From Bacillota bacterium (GTDB lineage Bacteria > Bacillota > SHA-98 > UBA4971), in assembly GCA_024653485.1 (NCBI GenBank), contig JANLFY010000003.1, positions 112,686 to 176,685 on the forward strand: a stretch of 64,000 bases of DNA. The letters are read 5' to 3'. Below are positions 29,563 to 39,115 of the stretch, piece after piece. The stretch's first letter is position 1; the number at the start of each line of letters is the position of its first letter. The position numbers and the translations under genes are program-made. Under the pieces are notes generated by a model that worked only from the letters and a program-made list of their open reading frames with translations, searched no databases and was not told the origin of the DNA.

Positions 29563-30360
29563 TCACCTTCGCGCACCGACAAGCCTCTTCAGTCTCGACC
29601 AGAATCCTTCGGCTTCCAATGACATGAATGGAGCGTCTTCCCCATCGATCCGAGCGGCTATCCGTCTGAAGGCCTCTCCCGCCCTGGAAGACCCGTCCAG
29701 CACAACGGGCTCGCCCCTGTTGGTGGAGGTAATCACCGACTCATCATCGGGAACTACGCCCAGAAGGTCAATGGCGAGGATGTCCAGTACGTCGCCGACA
29801 TCGAGCATGTCGCCGCGTTTCACCATTTGTGGCCGGAGCCTGTTGACCACGAGCCTTGGTCTGCTCATGCCCTGGGCCTCGAGCAGGCCGACAATGCGGT
29901 CGGCGTCCCGAACCGCGGATACCTCGGGCGTGGTCACGATGACGGCTTCATCCGCCCCGGCTATTGCGTTCTTGAACCCGCGCTCAATTCCGGCGGGGCA
30001 GTCCACCACGACGTAGTCGAATTCGCCCGCCAGGGTCCTCGAAAGCTGCTTCATTTGCTCCGGCTGGACGGCCTCCTTGTCCTTCGACTGTGCCGCCGGC
30101 ATCAGGAACAACGTCTGTAACCGCTTGTCTCGTATGAGGGCCTGTCTCAGCCGGCACTTGCCCTCTATCACGTGGACGATGTCGTACACGATCCTGTTCT
30201 CCAAACCAAGCACGATGTCAAGATTGCGCAGTCCGATGTCGGCATCGACCAGGGCCACCTTCTTTCCTCTAGAGGCGAGCCCGCAGCCGATGTTGGCGAC
30301 TGCGGTGGTCTTGCCCACCCCTCCCTTACCAGAGGTGACCACTATGACCCTTCCTTCCAT
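29563..30360 (-). CDS. minD: Septum site-determining ATPase MinD
   Basis: VIVVTSGKGGVGKTTAVANIGCGLA deviant Walker A, 265 aa. Confidence 0.9.
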   Translation of the reverse strand: MEGRVIVVTSGKGGVGKTTAVANIGCGLASRGKKVALVDADIGLRNLDIVLGLENRIVYDIVHVIEGKCRLRQALIRDKRLQTLFLMPAAQSKDKEAVQPEQMKQLSRTLAGEFDYVVVDCPAGIERGFKNAIAGADEAVIVTTPEVSAVRDADRIVGLLEAQGMSRPRLVVNRLRPQMVKRGDMLDVGDVLDILAIDLLGVVPDDESVITSTNRGEPVVLDGSSRAGEAFRRIAARIDGEDAPFMSLEAEGFWSRLKRLVGARR

Positions 30361-31151
30361 GCAGGCTCCTCCTCCACCTCGGCCTTCCTCGCGGAGTAGG
30401 CCTCGATCACTATCTGATCGCCCCTCACCCGTGCCATCTCCGGCGTGCGTGGGGCCTTGCTCTCGCCGTCCGGGGGCCTGGCTATCGCGTCGGCTATCCG
30501 GAGCTGCGTGGGCATGAATCTTAGTGCCACCACCATCGCCCTGCGGTTATCGGGCGACCCCGCATGAGCGACCCCTCGCAAGGCACCCATGACGACGATG
30601 TCTCCGCCAGCCACGACCTCCGCGCCGGGGTTCACGTCCCCGAGCACCACGACGTTCCCACTGAACGTGGCACGCTGGCCTGACCGGAGAGTCCCCCGCA
30701 AGAGCAGGGTCTCTTCGCGCGCCGCCGGTGCAGGCTGCGGTTCACCGGCGCACGCGCGGTCGAACAGCCTCTCAGGTTCCTGAGCGCGGTGTTGGACAAC
30801 CCCTGGAGTGGATGACACCGGCGGGGACGAGCGCGGGCCCGGCGGCTCGGCCACGGTCGCAAGGCCGATCCCACCTGCAACTCGCGAGACCGACATACCG
30901 AACGACTCCACTATGTTCACTAACTCGCGGACATCGTCCTCCGAGAGTGCAAGCTCGCCGATGTCGAGCACCGCCCGAGTCGCCCCGGCGAAGAACCCAG
31001 AAGTCTTCTCCAGCTTGTCCGCCAGCTTCCCCTTGAGCCGCGCGAAGTCCTCATCATGGGGCAAGATTATGCACAGTCCCCGTTTCGTCCCTTTGAATAC
31101 GACGTCCTCCGTCTTCATGGGCAGCCGCGCACACCTCCTCGAACTCCCCAC
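30342..31151 (-). CDS. minC: Septum site-determining protein MinC
   Basis: 269-aa ORF upstream of minD. C-terminal beta-helix region (NVVVLGDVNPGAEVVAGGDIVVMGALRGVAHAG). Confidence 0.75.
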   Translation of the reverse strand: MGSSRRCARLPMKTEDVVFKGTKRGLCIILPHDEDFARLKGKLADKLEKTSGFFAGATRAVLDIGELALSEDDVRELVNIVESFGMSVSRVAGGIGLATVAEPPGPRSSPPVSSTPGVVQHRAQEPERLFDRACAGEPQPAPAAREETLLLRGTLRSGQRATFSGNVVVLGDVNPGAEVVAGGDIVVMGALRGVAHAGSPDNRRAMVVALRFMPTQLRIADAIARPPDGESKAPRTPEMARVRGDQIVIEAYSARKAEVEEEPAWKEGS

Positions 31152-31275
31152 CAGGGTGGTTCGGGTAGCGCTGCAATAGTTTCACCAGAAGCCAACTCAA
31201 TTCCTGCCCGTCACGGCGGAAAACGTGCGAATGGGGATGGACGCCCTCTCGCACGGCGGCCACTCGAGCGGAGAA

Positions 31276-33393
31276 TCAGTGACCGGGCGGGCTCGACGCC
31301 TCAGGTGAAGGCGAGCCGTTGGACTCGTGGCTTGTGACCTCCGGGCTGGACGTTTCCGCGGGCCCATCCATCGGTGTTGCGGAGCCAGCCGGGCCGGGCT
31401 GCTCTTGCCGCTCTGGCCGTTCTCGGTCGAGCCCAAAATACGCCTCCATGACCCTCCTCGCGACAGGCGCCGCGGCAAGCGACCCACTGGTCCCGTGCTC
31501 GACGAGGACCACCACAACTATCTCCGGATTCTCGACGGGCGCGAACCCCGCGAACCATCCATGGCTATCGCCCTCAGGGTTCTGCGCTGTGCCCGTCTTG
31601 CCCGCCGCGGCCACGGGAAACCCCTGGAACGCGCTTGCCGCCGTCCCCTCGGAGACCACCTTCGCAAGCCCTTGCTTGAGCGTGGCGAGAGATTCCTGTG
31701 ACACTTCGACGACCCCGGCCACTCTCGGGCGGAACTCGCTCACGACCTCTCCGTCCGGCGTCAGAACGGCCCGCGCGACCATCGGAACGTGGATGACCCC
31801 GCCTGCCGCTATCGTCGCGTAAACGCTCGCGATCTGTAGAGGTGTGGCAAGCAAAGCCCCCTGGCCGATCGCTACGTCCAGCGTCTCCGTGGGGTACCAG
31901 ATCTGGTCGTATCCCTTGAAGTTCAGCTTCTTCCATGCCCTGTCCGGCACGAGCCCGGACGCATCACCCGGAGACAGCTGGATGCCGGTAGGCTGCCCGA
32001 GGCCCAACATCCTTGCGTACGCGGCCAGATCGTCGATTCCCACGCGCCGCCCGAGCTCGTAGAAGACGATGTTGCACGAGTTGGCGATCCCGGTGACGAG
32101 GTCCTGCATGCCGTGCGCCTTCCCGCGCTCTATCGTCCAGCAAGCTTTGCCGGACTGGCGGTCACGCCCAGTGCACTCGAACCTGTCGTTCATCGTGACC
32201 TTGCCGCGCTCCAAGGCCGCAAGCGTGGTTATGACCTTGAATGCGGAGCCCGGAGGGTATGCATGGCTCATCGCCCGGTTCGGTTGCGGACTCGGGGTCG
32301 ATGACAGAAAGGCCAGCTCTTCGGGGGACAAGCCTCCCACGAACATGTTGGGGTCGTACGAAGGCTTGCTCGCCATCGCCAATACCTCCCCGGTCCTTGG
32401 ATCAATGGCCACAACGGCGCCCGCCTTGGCCTGCGCGGTCTTTGGGGACTTGGACAGCGCCTGCAGCTGTTCGGACAGGGCGCGTTCCGCAGCTGCCTGA
32501 ACCCTCTCGTCGATAGTGAGCACCACGTCGTTCCCAGGAACCGGTGCAAGGCTTCCCAGCACCTTGATTGGCTGGGAAAGGCTGTTCACCTCGACTTGGT
32601 CCCCTCCGTCAGTGCCGCGGAGGTGCTCCTCGAAGGTCCTCTCCACCCCGACCTTCCCTATGAGGTTGCCCGGCCGGTAGCCCTTGTCCCTGTATACTTT
32701 CAGCTCTGCTGAGTCGATCTCCCTGATGAAACCGATGAGATGGCTCGCGAAGTCACCGTGAACGTAACTGCGGACCGGTATCTCCTCGATGACCACGCCC
32801 GGCAGATCTGTCCGTCGCTCGCCTATCGCGGTCACGGTGGCGGGTGACGCGTCAGTCAGGAGCCTGATGGGTTCGAAGGGCCGCCTCGGGGCAGCGAGCT
32901 TCTCCTTGATGGTCTGGGCGGACATCCCGAGGATGGGAGCAAGCTGGGCCACGGTGGCCTCTATGTCAGGCACGTCCTGAGGCACTATCGACACGGAGAA
33001 CGCCATGCGGCTCGCGGCCAGCGGCACACCGTTGCGGTCGAGTATCTTGCCCCTCGGGGCGGGAACCGGTATCAATCGGATCCTGTTGCCTTGCGACAGC
33101 GCCTCGTACACGTCCCCTCGCATGATCTGCAGGTGCCACAGGCGCGATACGAGCACCACGAGCACGGCAACGACCACGAAACCGAGGTGTCTCAGCCTGT
33201 TCTGAGCTGCAGACTCGGGCATTGTCTCCTCCCTGGAGGTCTTGCGGCGCCTTCGAAGCTTCGGAGGGAGCTTCACATCATCTTCCCGCACCGGTGGGCT
33301 GACGTCTCCCGGCGCCTCAGCACTGACGGGAAACCGGTCTCTCCGTTCCCTATGAGGCGACGCCCACAACCGCACGAAGAACGCCCGGAGCAC
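31276..33393 (-). CDS. mrdA: Penicillin-binding protein 2 (MrdA, elongasome transpeptidase)
   Basis: TM anchor followed by dimerisation and transpeptidase domains (SAFK, SCN, KTGT motifs: GSAFKVITTLAA..., KTGTAQ). Start may be the internal M at 33222. Confidence 0.8.
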   Translation of the reverse strand: MLRAFFVRLWASPHRERRDRFPVSAEAPGDVSPPVREDDVKLPPKLRRRRKTSREETMPESAAQNRLRHLGFVVVAVLVVLVSRLWHLQIMRGDVYEALSQGNRIRLIPVPAPRGKILDRNGVPLAASRMAFSVSIVPQDVPDIEATVAQLAPILGMSAQTIKEKLAAPRRPFEPIRLLTDASPATVTAIGERRTDLPGVVIEEIPVRSYVHGDFASHLIGFIREIDSAELKVYRDKGYRPGNLIGKVGVERTFEEHLRGTDGGDQVEVNSLSQPIKVLGSLAPVPGNDVVLTIDERVQAAAERALSEQLQALSKSPKTAQAKAGAVVAIDPRTGEVLAMASKPSYDPNMFVGGLSPEELAFLSSTPSPQPNRAMSHAYPPGSAFKVITTLAALERGKVTMNDRFECTGRDRQSGKACWTIERGKAHGMQDLVTGIANSCNIVFYELGRRVGIDDLAAYARMLGLGQPTGIQLSPGDASGLVPDRAWKKLNFKGYDQIWYPTETLDVAIGQGALLATPLQIASVYATIAAGGVIHVPMVARAVLTPDGEVVSEFRPRVAGVVEVSQESLATLKQGLAKVVSEGTAASAFQGFPVAAAGKTGTAQNPEGDSHGWFAGFAPVENPEIVVVVLVEHGTSGSLAAAPVARRVMEAYFGLDRERPERQEQPGPAGSATPMDGPAETSSPEVTSHESNGSPSPEASSPPGH

Positions 33394-33405
33394 GACGCCT
33401 GGTAC

Positions 33406-33915
33406 TTAGGCGGCCTGGCGGCGCTCTAAGACCCGCTTTGCGCGCGCGTCTAGCCTCGCAACGACTCTGAGCGTGATCGGGACCAGCAAACCTGAGTACA
33501 GGGCTTGCCCCACAATCATCCGAAAGGCGGAGACGGAGACAGCCATCGGAACCCCGAAAGACGACAGCAGGAAGCAGTGAAGCACGCCGCCTACGACTCC
33601 ACCCAGAATCACCAAGACGGTCGGCACGATGACTCGGTCCTCGAACACCCTGGCGTAAGACAGGCCGGCGCCGATGCCGACGACGGTGCGAGTCAACATG
33701 AAAAGCCCCAGAAACTGCCCTGAACACGCGTCCTCGATGAAACCCGTGGCGAGACCCGCTAAGGCCGCGTTCCTCCACCCCGAATACGTGCCCACCAGCA
33801 CCACTAGGATCAGCACTAAATCTGGCTTCACTCCCTGGAGGGCTATGTGGGGCACCACGGTCATCTCGAGGAGCACCAGGACCGCGCCCGCCAAGAGCAG
33901 AAGAAGGTTCCTCAT
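33406..33915 (-). CDS. mreD: Rod shape-determining protein MreD
   Basis: 169-aa polytopic membrane protein immediately after mreC. Confidence 0.7.
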   Translation of the reverse strand: MRNLLLLLAGAVLVLLEMTVVPHIALQGVKPDLVLILVVLVGTYSGWRNAALAGLATGFIEDACSGQFLGLFMLTRTVVGIGAGLSYARVFEDRVIVPTVLVILGGVVGGVLHCFLLSSFGVPMAVSVSAFRMIVGQALYSGLLVPITLRVVARLDARAKRVLERRQAA

Positions 33916-34817
33916 CGTCCCGCCACCCCTCGCGGCGCTTCCGGCACAACGTGGGATCCAAGCGACTCGGGGGCACCGACCGTTTCGTTCACCCCCGTGA
34001 TCACCACGACCTCCTCAAGCCGAGCGAAGTCCACAGCCGGCCTAAGGTACGCGGCTTTTCCCACCCCATACTTTCCCGGCACTACCTCCACGATATCCCC
34101 TATGACCAAGCCCTTCGGATATATCCCGCCGAGCCCCGATGAAAGCACCCTGTCCCCCACCTGTACGTCGCTTTGCTCGGTGAGCGACTTTACGCGACAT
34201 AGACCGGGTCTCGCCGGGTCGCCCTCCACCAGGACCAGAGTCCTCGTTCGCTGCACCAGTCCCCCGACTGCGCTCCTGGGATCTACGATCAGAAGCACGG
34301 TCGCGGTGCGCGGGCTCGCAGACAACACCCTGCCCACGAGGCCTTCCATGGTCGCCACAGCCATGTCCTTCTTCACACCGCTGCGAGTGCCCTTGTTGAT
34401 CGTCACCGTCTCGAGCCAGTTACCGGGGTTCCTTCCCACGATCTGGGCCGCGCTCGTCGAGTAGTCGAGCGCCGCCTGGAAACCCAACAGCTGGCGAAGG
34501 CGCGCGTTCTCGAGTCTGCACTCCTCGAGACGCGCGTTCTCGGCCATGAGACGCGATATCTCCAGGTAGAGCCGGTCATTCTCCCGGAGGAGGTGGCGGA
34601 GGTTGGCGACGGTTCGCACGGCCGCTCCTATCTCACCCGTTACGCGGAACAACACCCTCGCGAAAGGCGCGAGGGTCTCGCGAACGGCGCTCTCCGGGAG
34701 CGACAGCCTCCCTCTCTCGCCAGAAGTCACGAAAAGGAGCGCCACAAGTAGCAGTAGTATTGCAGCCAGGGTCAGTGCATAGCGCTTGCCGGTGGGATCT
34801 TCGTGCACGCGCGTCAC
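33912..34817 (-). CDS. mreC: Rod shape-determining protein MreC
   Basis: N-terminal TM, coiled-coil (LEISRLMAENARLEECRLENARLRQLL) and C-terminal beta domains. Confidence 0.8.
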   Translation of the reverse strand: MTRVHEDPTGKRYALTLAAILLLLVALLFVTSGERGRLSLPESAVRETLAPFARVLFRVTGEIGAAVRTVANLRHLLRENDRLYLEISRLMAENARLEECRLENARLRQLLGFQAALDYSTSAAQIVGRNPGNWLETVTINKGTRSGVKKDMAVATMEGLVGRVLSASPRTATVLLIVDPRSAVGGLVQRTRTLVLVEGDPARPGLCRVKSLTEQSDVQVGDRVLSSGLGGIYPKGLVIGDIVEVVPGKYGVGKAAYLRPAVDFARLEEVVVITGVNETVGAPESLGSHVVPEAPRGVAGR

Positions 34818-34832
34818 CCCCGCCCGCCATGG

Positions 34833-35882
34833 TTACCTTCTCTGTCCCACGCGTGAGGAGGCCGTCAGCATCCGGCGGTACCGATCCATTTCCTCGAGCG
34901 CCTTGCCTGCACCTCTCACTACACACGTAAGCGGCTCATCCGCACGGTGGACCGGCATTCCAGTTGACTCGGACAGCACCCGTTCGATGCCGTCCACGAG
35001 CGACCCTCCGCCCGATGCCACGATCCCTTTGTCGATTATGTCGGCGGAGAGCTCAGGCGGCGTTCTCTCGAGAGTCATCTTGACCGCCTCGACTATCGCA
35101 CCTATGGGTTCGCGCAGCGCCACCTCTACCTCCCGCGCGGAGATTCGCACCGTCTTCGGCAGGCCGGATACCATGTCCCTGCCCTTTATCTCCATGGTCG
35201 CCTCAGGATCTCGGGGGCAGGCGGATCCCATGTGCTTCTTTATCTCCTCGGCCGTCCTCGTCCCTATGACCAGGTTGTAAACCTTCTTGACGTGTTGCAC
35301 TATGGCCTCGTCCATTTCGTCCCCGGCGATCCGGATCGATTTCGATGCCACGATTCCACCGAGGGATATCACGGCTATCTCCGTGGTCCCGCCGCCTATG
35401 TCCACAACCATGTTCCCCGACGGCTCAAACACTGGAAGCCCTGCGCCCACGGCCGCTGCGAGCGGCTCCTCGATCAGGTAAGCCTCACGAGCCCCTGCCT
35501 GTAGCGCCGCGTCTATCACCGCCCGCCTTTCTACCTCCGTCACGCCGGACGGAACCCCTATCACTACACGGGGTCGGACGAGGGCACGACCGCGGTGCGC
35601 TCTCACTATGAAATGACGAAGCATCATCTCAGTCACGTCGAAGTCGGCTATGACGCCGTCTTTCAACGGACGAACAACTGCGATGTTCCCGGGGGTCCTC
35701 CCGACCATGCGGTTGGCGGCCGAGCCGACCTCGAGAATCGCTCCCGTGTCTTTGCGAATGGCAACGACCGAGGGCTCTTGGATCACGACTCCCTTTCCCT
35801 TCACGTAGACCAGGGAATTCGCGGTCCCCAAATCAATGGCGAGGTCCTTCGAGAAGAAAGCGAGCACAGGGTCAAGAATCAC
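34833..35882 (-). CDS. mreB: Rod shape-determining protein MreB (actin homologue)
   Basis: LAIDLGTANSLVYVKGKGVVIQEPSVVAI... and full actin-fold motifs. GTG start at 35882 with GAAGGGAGAA RBS; the track ORF extends 11 codons further. Confidence 0.9.
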   Translation of the reverse strand: MILDPVLAFFSKDLAIDLGTANSLVYVKGKGVVIQEPSVVAIRKDTGAILEVGSAANRMVGRTPGNIAVVRPLKDGVIADFDVTEMMLRHFIVRAHRGRALVRPRVVIGVPSGVTEVERRAVIDAALQAGAREAYLIEEPLAAAVGAGLPVFEPSGNMVVDIGGGTTEIAVISLGGIVASKSIRIAGDEMDEAIVQHVKKVYNLVIGTRTAEEIKKHMGSACPRDPEATMEIKGRDMVSGLPKTVRISAREVEVALREPIGAIVEAVKMTLERTPPELSADIIDKGIVASGGGSLVDGIERVLSESTGMPVHRADEPLTCVVRGAGKALEEMDRYRRMLTASSRVGQRR

Positions 35883-36690
35883 TTTCCACGTTCTCCCTTC
35901 CGGCAGTACAGGCAACTACGCCCAGCACAGGCTCGTGCCACGACGACGCCCGCGAGCCGGACACGACGGCAGGCGTCATCAGACCGAGTTCCTTGAGGCT
36001 TGAGTACCTGTTGTCTCCCACGATTATGTGGTCAAGCACTTCTATCCCTAGAATGAGGCCCGAGCTTGCCAATCGGCGGGTTATGGCTACATCGTCTGCG
36101 CTGGGTGTTGGATCCCCGCTCGGGTGGTTATGTACCAGGATGACACAGGCGGAGTTCCTCTTCAGGCACTCTTTGAACACTTCTCTCGGATGAACCAGAG
36201 AGCTGTCCAGACATCCCACCGACACCGTCACGACGTCCAGCACTCTGTGTTTCGCGTTGAGCAGCACCACCCTGAAATGCTCCCTGTCGAGATAGCGCAT
36301 CTCCCCCATGAGGAGGCGCGCCACGTCTCCCGGCCCAGTCACCTGGGCGAGTTCCTCGGGATCCAGAGTGACCGCTCTCCTCCCGAGCTCAACGGCGGCC
36401 TTCAGTCGCACCGCCTTTGCGGGACCGATCCCTTTCTGAGCGGCAAGATCGCCCGTAGAGGCCGCGGCTATGCCTCTCAGGCCCCCGAAATCCCGCAGAA
36501 CGGCGCTTGCGAGGGCCAGGGCGGTCTGGCCACGCACTCCCGTTCCGAGTATTATGGACACCAGCTCCGCCGAAGAGAGCGCCTCGGGGCCCGCCTTCAT
36601 GAGGCGTTCCCTGGGTCTCTCCCGAAGAGGCATCTCCTTCATGGTGAACGACGAGCTTCGCTGCGTCGAGTCGTTTCGCATGCCCCTCAC
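35872..36690 (-). CDS. radC: RadC-family protein (JAB/MPN domain, UPF0758)
   Basis: MKEMPLRERPRERL...HhH region and C-terminal JAMM motif ILVHNHPSGDPTPSADD. The start is ambiguous between the M at 36690 (ATGA overlap with maf) and the M at 36642. Confidence 0.8.
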   Translation of the reverse strand: MRGMRNDSTQRSSSFTMKEMPLRERPRERLMKAGPEALSSAELVSIILGTGVRGQTALALASAVLRDFGGLRGIAAASTGDLAAQKGIGPAKAVRLKAAVELGRRAVTLDPEELAQVTGPGDVARLLMGEMRYLDREHFRVVLLNAKHRVLDVVTVSVGCLDSSLVHPREVFKECLKRNSACVILVHNHPSGDPTPSADDVAITRRLASSGLILGIEVLDHIIVGDNRYSSLKELGLMTPAVVSGSRASSWHEPVLGVVACTAGRENVESDS

Positions 36691-37304
36691 CCCCGGAAGA
36701 CCGTCCGCATGAGGTCCACGCCGATGGTGTCAGCAAGGGTCACCAGCCGTGCTAGGGGCAGGCCGACCACATTGAAGTAGCATCCGGAGATCCTCTCTAC
36801 CAGCAGGGCACCTCGACCTTGTATCGCATATGAGCCCGCCTTCCCAAGCGGTTCGCCCGTGGCGACGTACCCTTCGATGTCTTCCTCGGAGAGATCAGCC
36901 ATGAGCACTTGGGTTATCTCGTAGCAGGACGCTTCGAGCCCGGAACGCGAGTCCACCACGGCAAGCCCGCTTGCAACTTGGTGCCACCGCCCTGACATCT
37001 GGCGAAGCATGTTCCTAGCGTCATCAGCATCGGCCGGCTTGCCGAGAATCTCCCCATCGAGCACGACCACGGTGTCGGCCCCGATGACTAGAGCGTCATG
37101 CTCCGTGTGCGAAACGTGGCGTGCCTTGCGCAACGCGAGCGCCGCCACGCTCTCCCCAAGGTCGTCGCCACCCACCGTGTCTTCGACTATCCCGCTCGGC
37201 ACGACATCGAACCGAAGCCCGATCTGCCTCAAGAGCTCGGCGCGCGCGGGCGACGCAGACGCAAGAACAAGCCTCAACCTGACATCCCACCCCTGGCGAA
37301 GCAA
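36687..37304 (-). CDS. maf: Maf-like nucleoside triphosphate pyrophosphatase (septum formation protein Maf)
   Basis: LVLASASPARAELLRQIGLRFDVVPSGIVED... is typical of the Maf/Ham1 family. Precedes radC-mreB as in Bacillus. Confidence 0.85.
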   Translation of the reverse strand: MLRQGWDVRLRLVLASASPARAELLRQIGLRFDVVPSGIVEDTVGGDDLGESVAALALRKARHVSHTEHDALVIGADTVVVLDGEILGKPADADDARNMLRQMSGRWHQVASGLAVVDSRSGLEASCYEITQVLMADLSEEDIEGYVATGEPLGKAGSYAIQGRGALLVERISGCYFNVVGLPLARLVTLADTIGVDLMRTVFRG

Positions 37305-37333
37305 GTGAGAGTCCGACCGCGCTCGAGACGACC

Positions 37334-38446
37334 TCAGTGCCCTGGGAACCCGGGGGAGTACACTAGCTGTCCGCGCGAGTCCACTACCATCGCCGAAACG
37401 CCTTCTAGGCCTTCTAGGATCTTTAGGCCTTCCGACGGGCCCAGGACGAACACCGCCGTTGACAGGGCGTCGGCATCGAGCGAATTCGGCGCAACGATCG
37501 TGACGCTTTCCGCGAGGTTGGCCGGCATTCCCGTCTTGGGATCGAAGATGTGGTGATACCTCTGCCCCTCAGCGATGAAAAACCGCTCGTAGTCACCGGA
37601 AGTCACGACGGCTGCGTCGCTCACCTCAACCACCGGGCCTATCGTGTCTGTTGGGCTGGATCCCCTCGGATCCCTTATGCCTATGTGCCAGGGTGTTCCG
37701 TCAGGCCGACTCCCCACAGCGACGATGTTTCCGCCCGCGTCTATGAGAGCATGCTTGACTCCGCGCTCTCGCAGCACGGCGGCGGCCCGGTCCGCGGCGT
37801 ATCCCTTCGCGATGCCCCCGAGATCTAGGCACATGCCCGGCGTCGCAAGTCTCACCGTCTTCCGCACGGGGTCGAGCTCGATCGCACGAAAACTCACTAG
37901 CGCCACGGCCTTCGCGAGCGCGTCGGGATCGGGGACGCGCGGATCGTCGCCCCCAAACCCCCAAGCGTCCACCACAGGCCCGATGGTGACGTCGAAAGCA
38001 CCGCCGGAGGCCTCGGACCACTCGAGCGCCCTCTCGATGAGCATGAACGCCTCCTCGCTGACCTGGACGGGCTCGGCCCCGGCCGCCTGGTTCACCCTGG
38101 AGACATCGCTCGTCGGGATGAACCTGCTCATAAGGGCCTCCACGCGGCGCATCTCTTCGAAAGCCGCGGCCACGGCGCTCTCGGCCGCTTCACCGAAGGC
38201 GCGAATGCTGACATAAGTATCCATCATGAACTGGCTGTCAACGTATCCGGCATCTTCGTCCGCAGAGGCTGCCGCGTCTTGCCCCAAGACAGAGCCTTCC
38301 TCAGAGGGCCAGAGAAGCCGCTGAAACACGCCTGTCCTCACAAGCGCATACCCCGCAACAACGAGGACACCAATGAGGAGGATGATCAAGAGCAGCTGGC
38401 CACGCCGCCCTCTCTCTCTCCGCCTGCGTCCGTACTCCCATTTCAA
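37334..38446 (-). CDS. apbE: FAD:protein FMN transferase ApbE
   Basis: ApbE core DVTIGPVVDAWGFG...LDLGGIAKGYAADRAA...HHIFDPKTGMPA. Membrane-anchored N-terminus (LLLIILLIGVLVVAG). Start placed at TTG 38446; the track ORF continues to 38665 through an R-rich stretch. Confidence 0.8.
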   Translation of the reverse strand: MKWEYGRRRRERGRRGQLLLIILLIGVLVVAGYALVRTGVFQRLLWPSEEGSVLGQDAAASADEDAGYVDSQFMMDTYVSIRAFGEAAESAVAAAFEEMRRVEALMSRFIPTSDVSRVNQAAGAEPVQVSEEAFMLIERALEWSEASGGAFDVTIGPVVDAWGFGGDDPRVPDPDALAKAVALVSFRAIELDPVRKTVRLATPGMCLDLGGIAKGYAADRAAAVLRERGVKHALIDAGGNIVAVGSRPDGTPWHIGIRDPRGSSPTDTIGPVVEVSDAAVVTSGDYERFFIAEGQRYHHIFDPKTGMPANLAESVTIVAPNSLDADALSTAVFVLGPSEGLKILEGLEGVSAMVVDSRGQLVYSPGFPGH

Positions 38447-38664
38447 ACAGACCGCACCCCCCGACTGATTTCCCGGACACAGTGTATCACTTCTACTAAA
38501 CCCTGACAAGCAGCCCTTCGGGCTAGTCACAGAGGCATCGCGGGGTCGCACGGGCAGTCGATCCTCACCGCGGTCGCCGGTGCTCTCCGTCATATGCTCG
38601 CGTGATGTGGAGACAATAAGACAAAGATGCCCTCTTGGGCGAAAGAGGAAGGAGCGGGCACGCA

Positions 38665-38892
38665 TTGGGAAGGAAGAAGAACAACGACCGCTTGAGAACC
38701 CTGCGCCAACTTGACCGGTTGAAGTGGGAGACCGCGGAGCACCTGGGACTCGCGGATGACGTGGGAAGGCCTCGTGAACTCACCGCCCGGGAAGCGGGCA
38801 AGCTCGGCGACCAAGTGGCGAAAAGATCCGTAAAGCAGGGAGAGCAGGCCATCCGGCGCGAAGGCGCGAGGAAGGCGGAGAAGAACCTCTGA
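38665..38892 (+). CDS. Alpha/beta-type small acid-soluble spore protein (SASP)
   Basis: LDRLKWETAEHLGL and TAREAGKLGDQVAKRSVKQGEQ match the two conserved α/β-SASP DNA-binding motifs (KxEIAxEFGV / TSRxxGSVGGEITKRLV). ~75 aa. TTG start at 38665 with GAGGAAGGAG RBS; the track ORF starts at an upstream TTG at 38635. Confidence 0.65.
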   Translation: MGRKKNNDRLRTLRQLDRLKWETAEHLGLADDVGRPRELTAREAGKLGDQVAKRSVKQGEQAIRREGARKAEKNL

Positions 38893-39071
38893 CCTCCTGG
38901 TCCCGGTCGACCGCGGTCGACCGCGCCTGAGCCACATTGACCCTTACGAAGAGGCTGCCGGTGCCCCTGTACGGAGGACACCGGCGCGCAAGCCGCGTCG
39001 TGCATCTCGTCCGGTGCCACGCGCGGCCCGGTGCGCCCCGTCTTACGAACACCGGCAGCCACTTTTCGGGT

Positions 39072-39104
39072 GGAAATGCCCGGCATGGTCACTCGATTCA
39101 TGCC
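39072..39104. terminator. Hairpin GCCCGGCATG-N11-CATGCCGGGC between convergent SASP and rnfB ends
   Basis: 10-bp perfect inverted repeat seen directly. No clear U-tract. Confidence 0.3.
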
Positions 39105-39115
39105 GGGCGCCCCGG

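Noticed and set aside
38560-38664. σG-type promoter upstream of the SASP gene
   Set aside because: The best candidate (CAATAAG with no proper GHATR -35 at 17-18 nt) matches the consensus too poorly to report.
38565-39101. 178-aa minus-strand ORF between apbE and rnfB
   Set aside because: Antisense to the SASP gene, which has conserved motifs. Composition is not protein-like.
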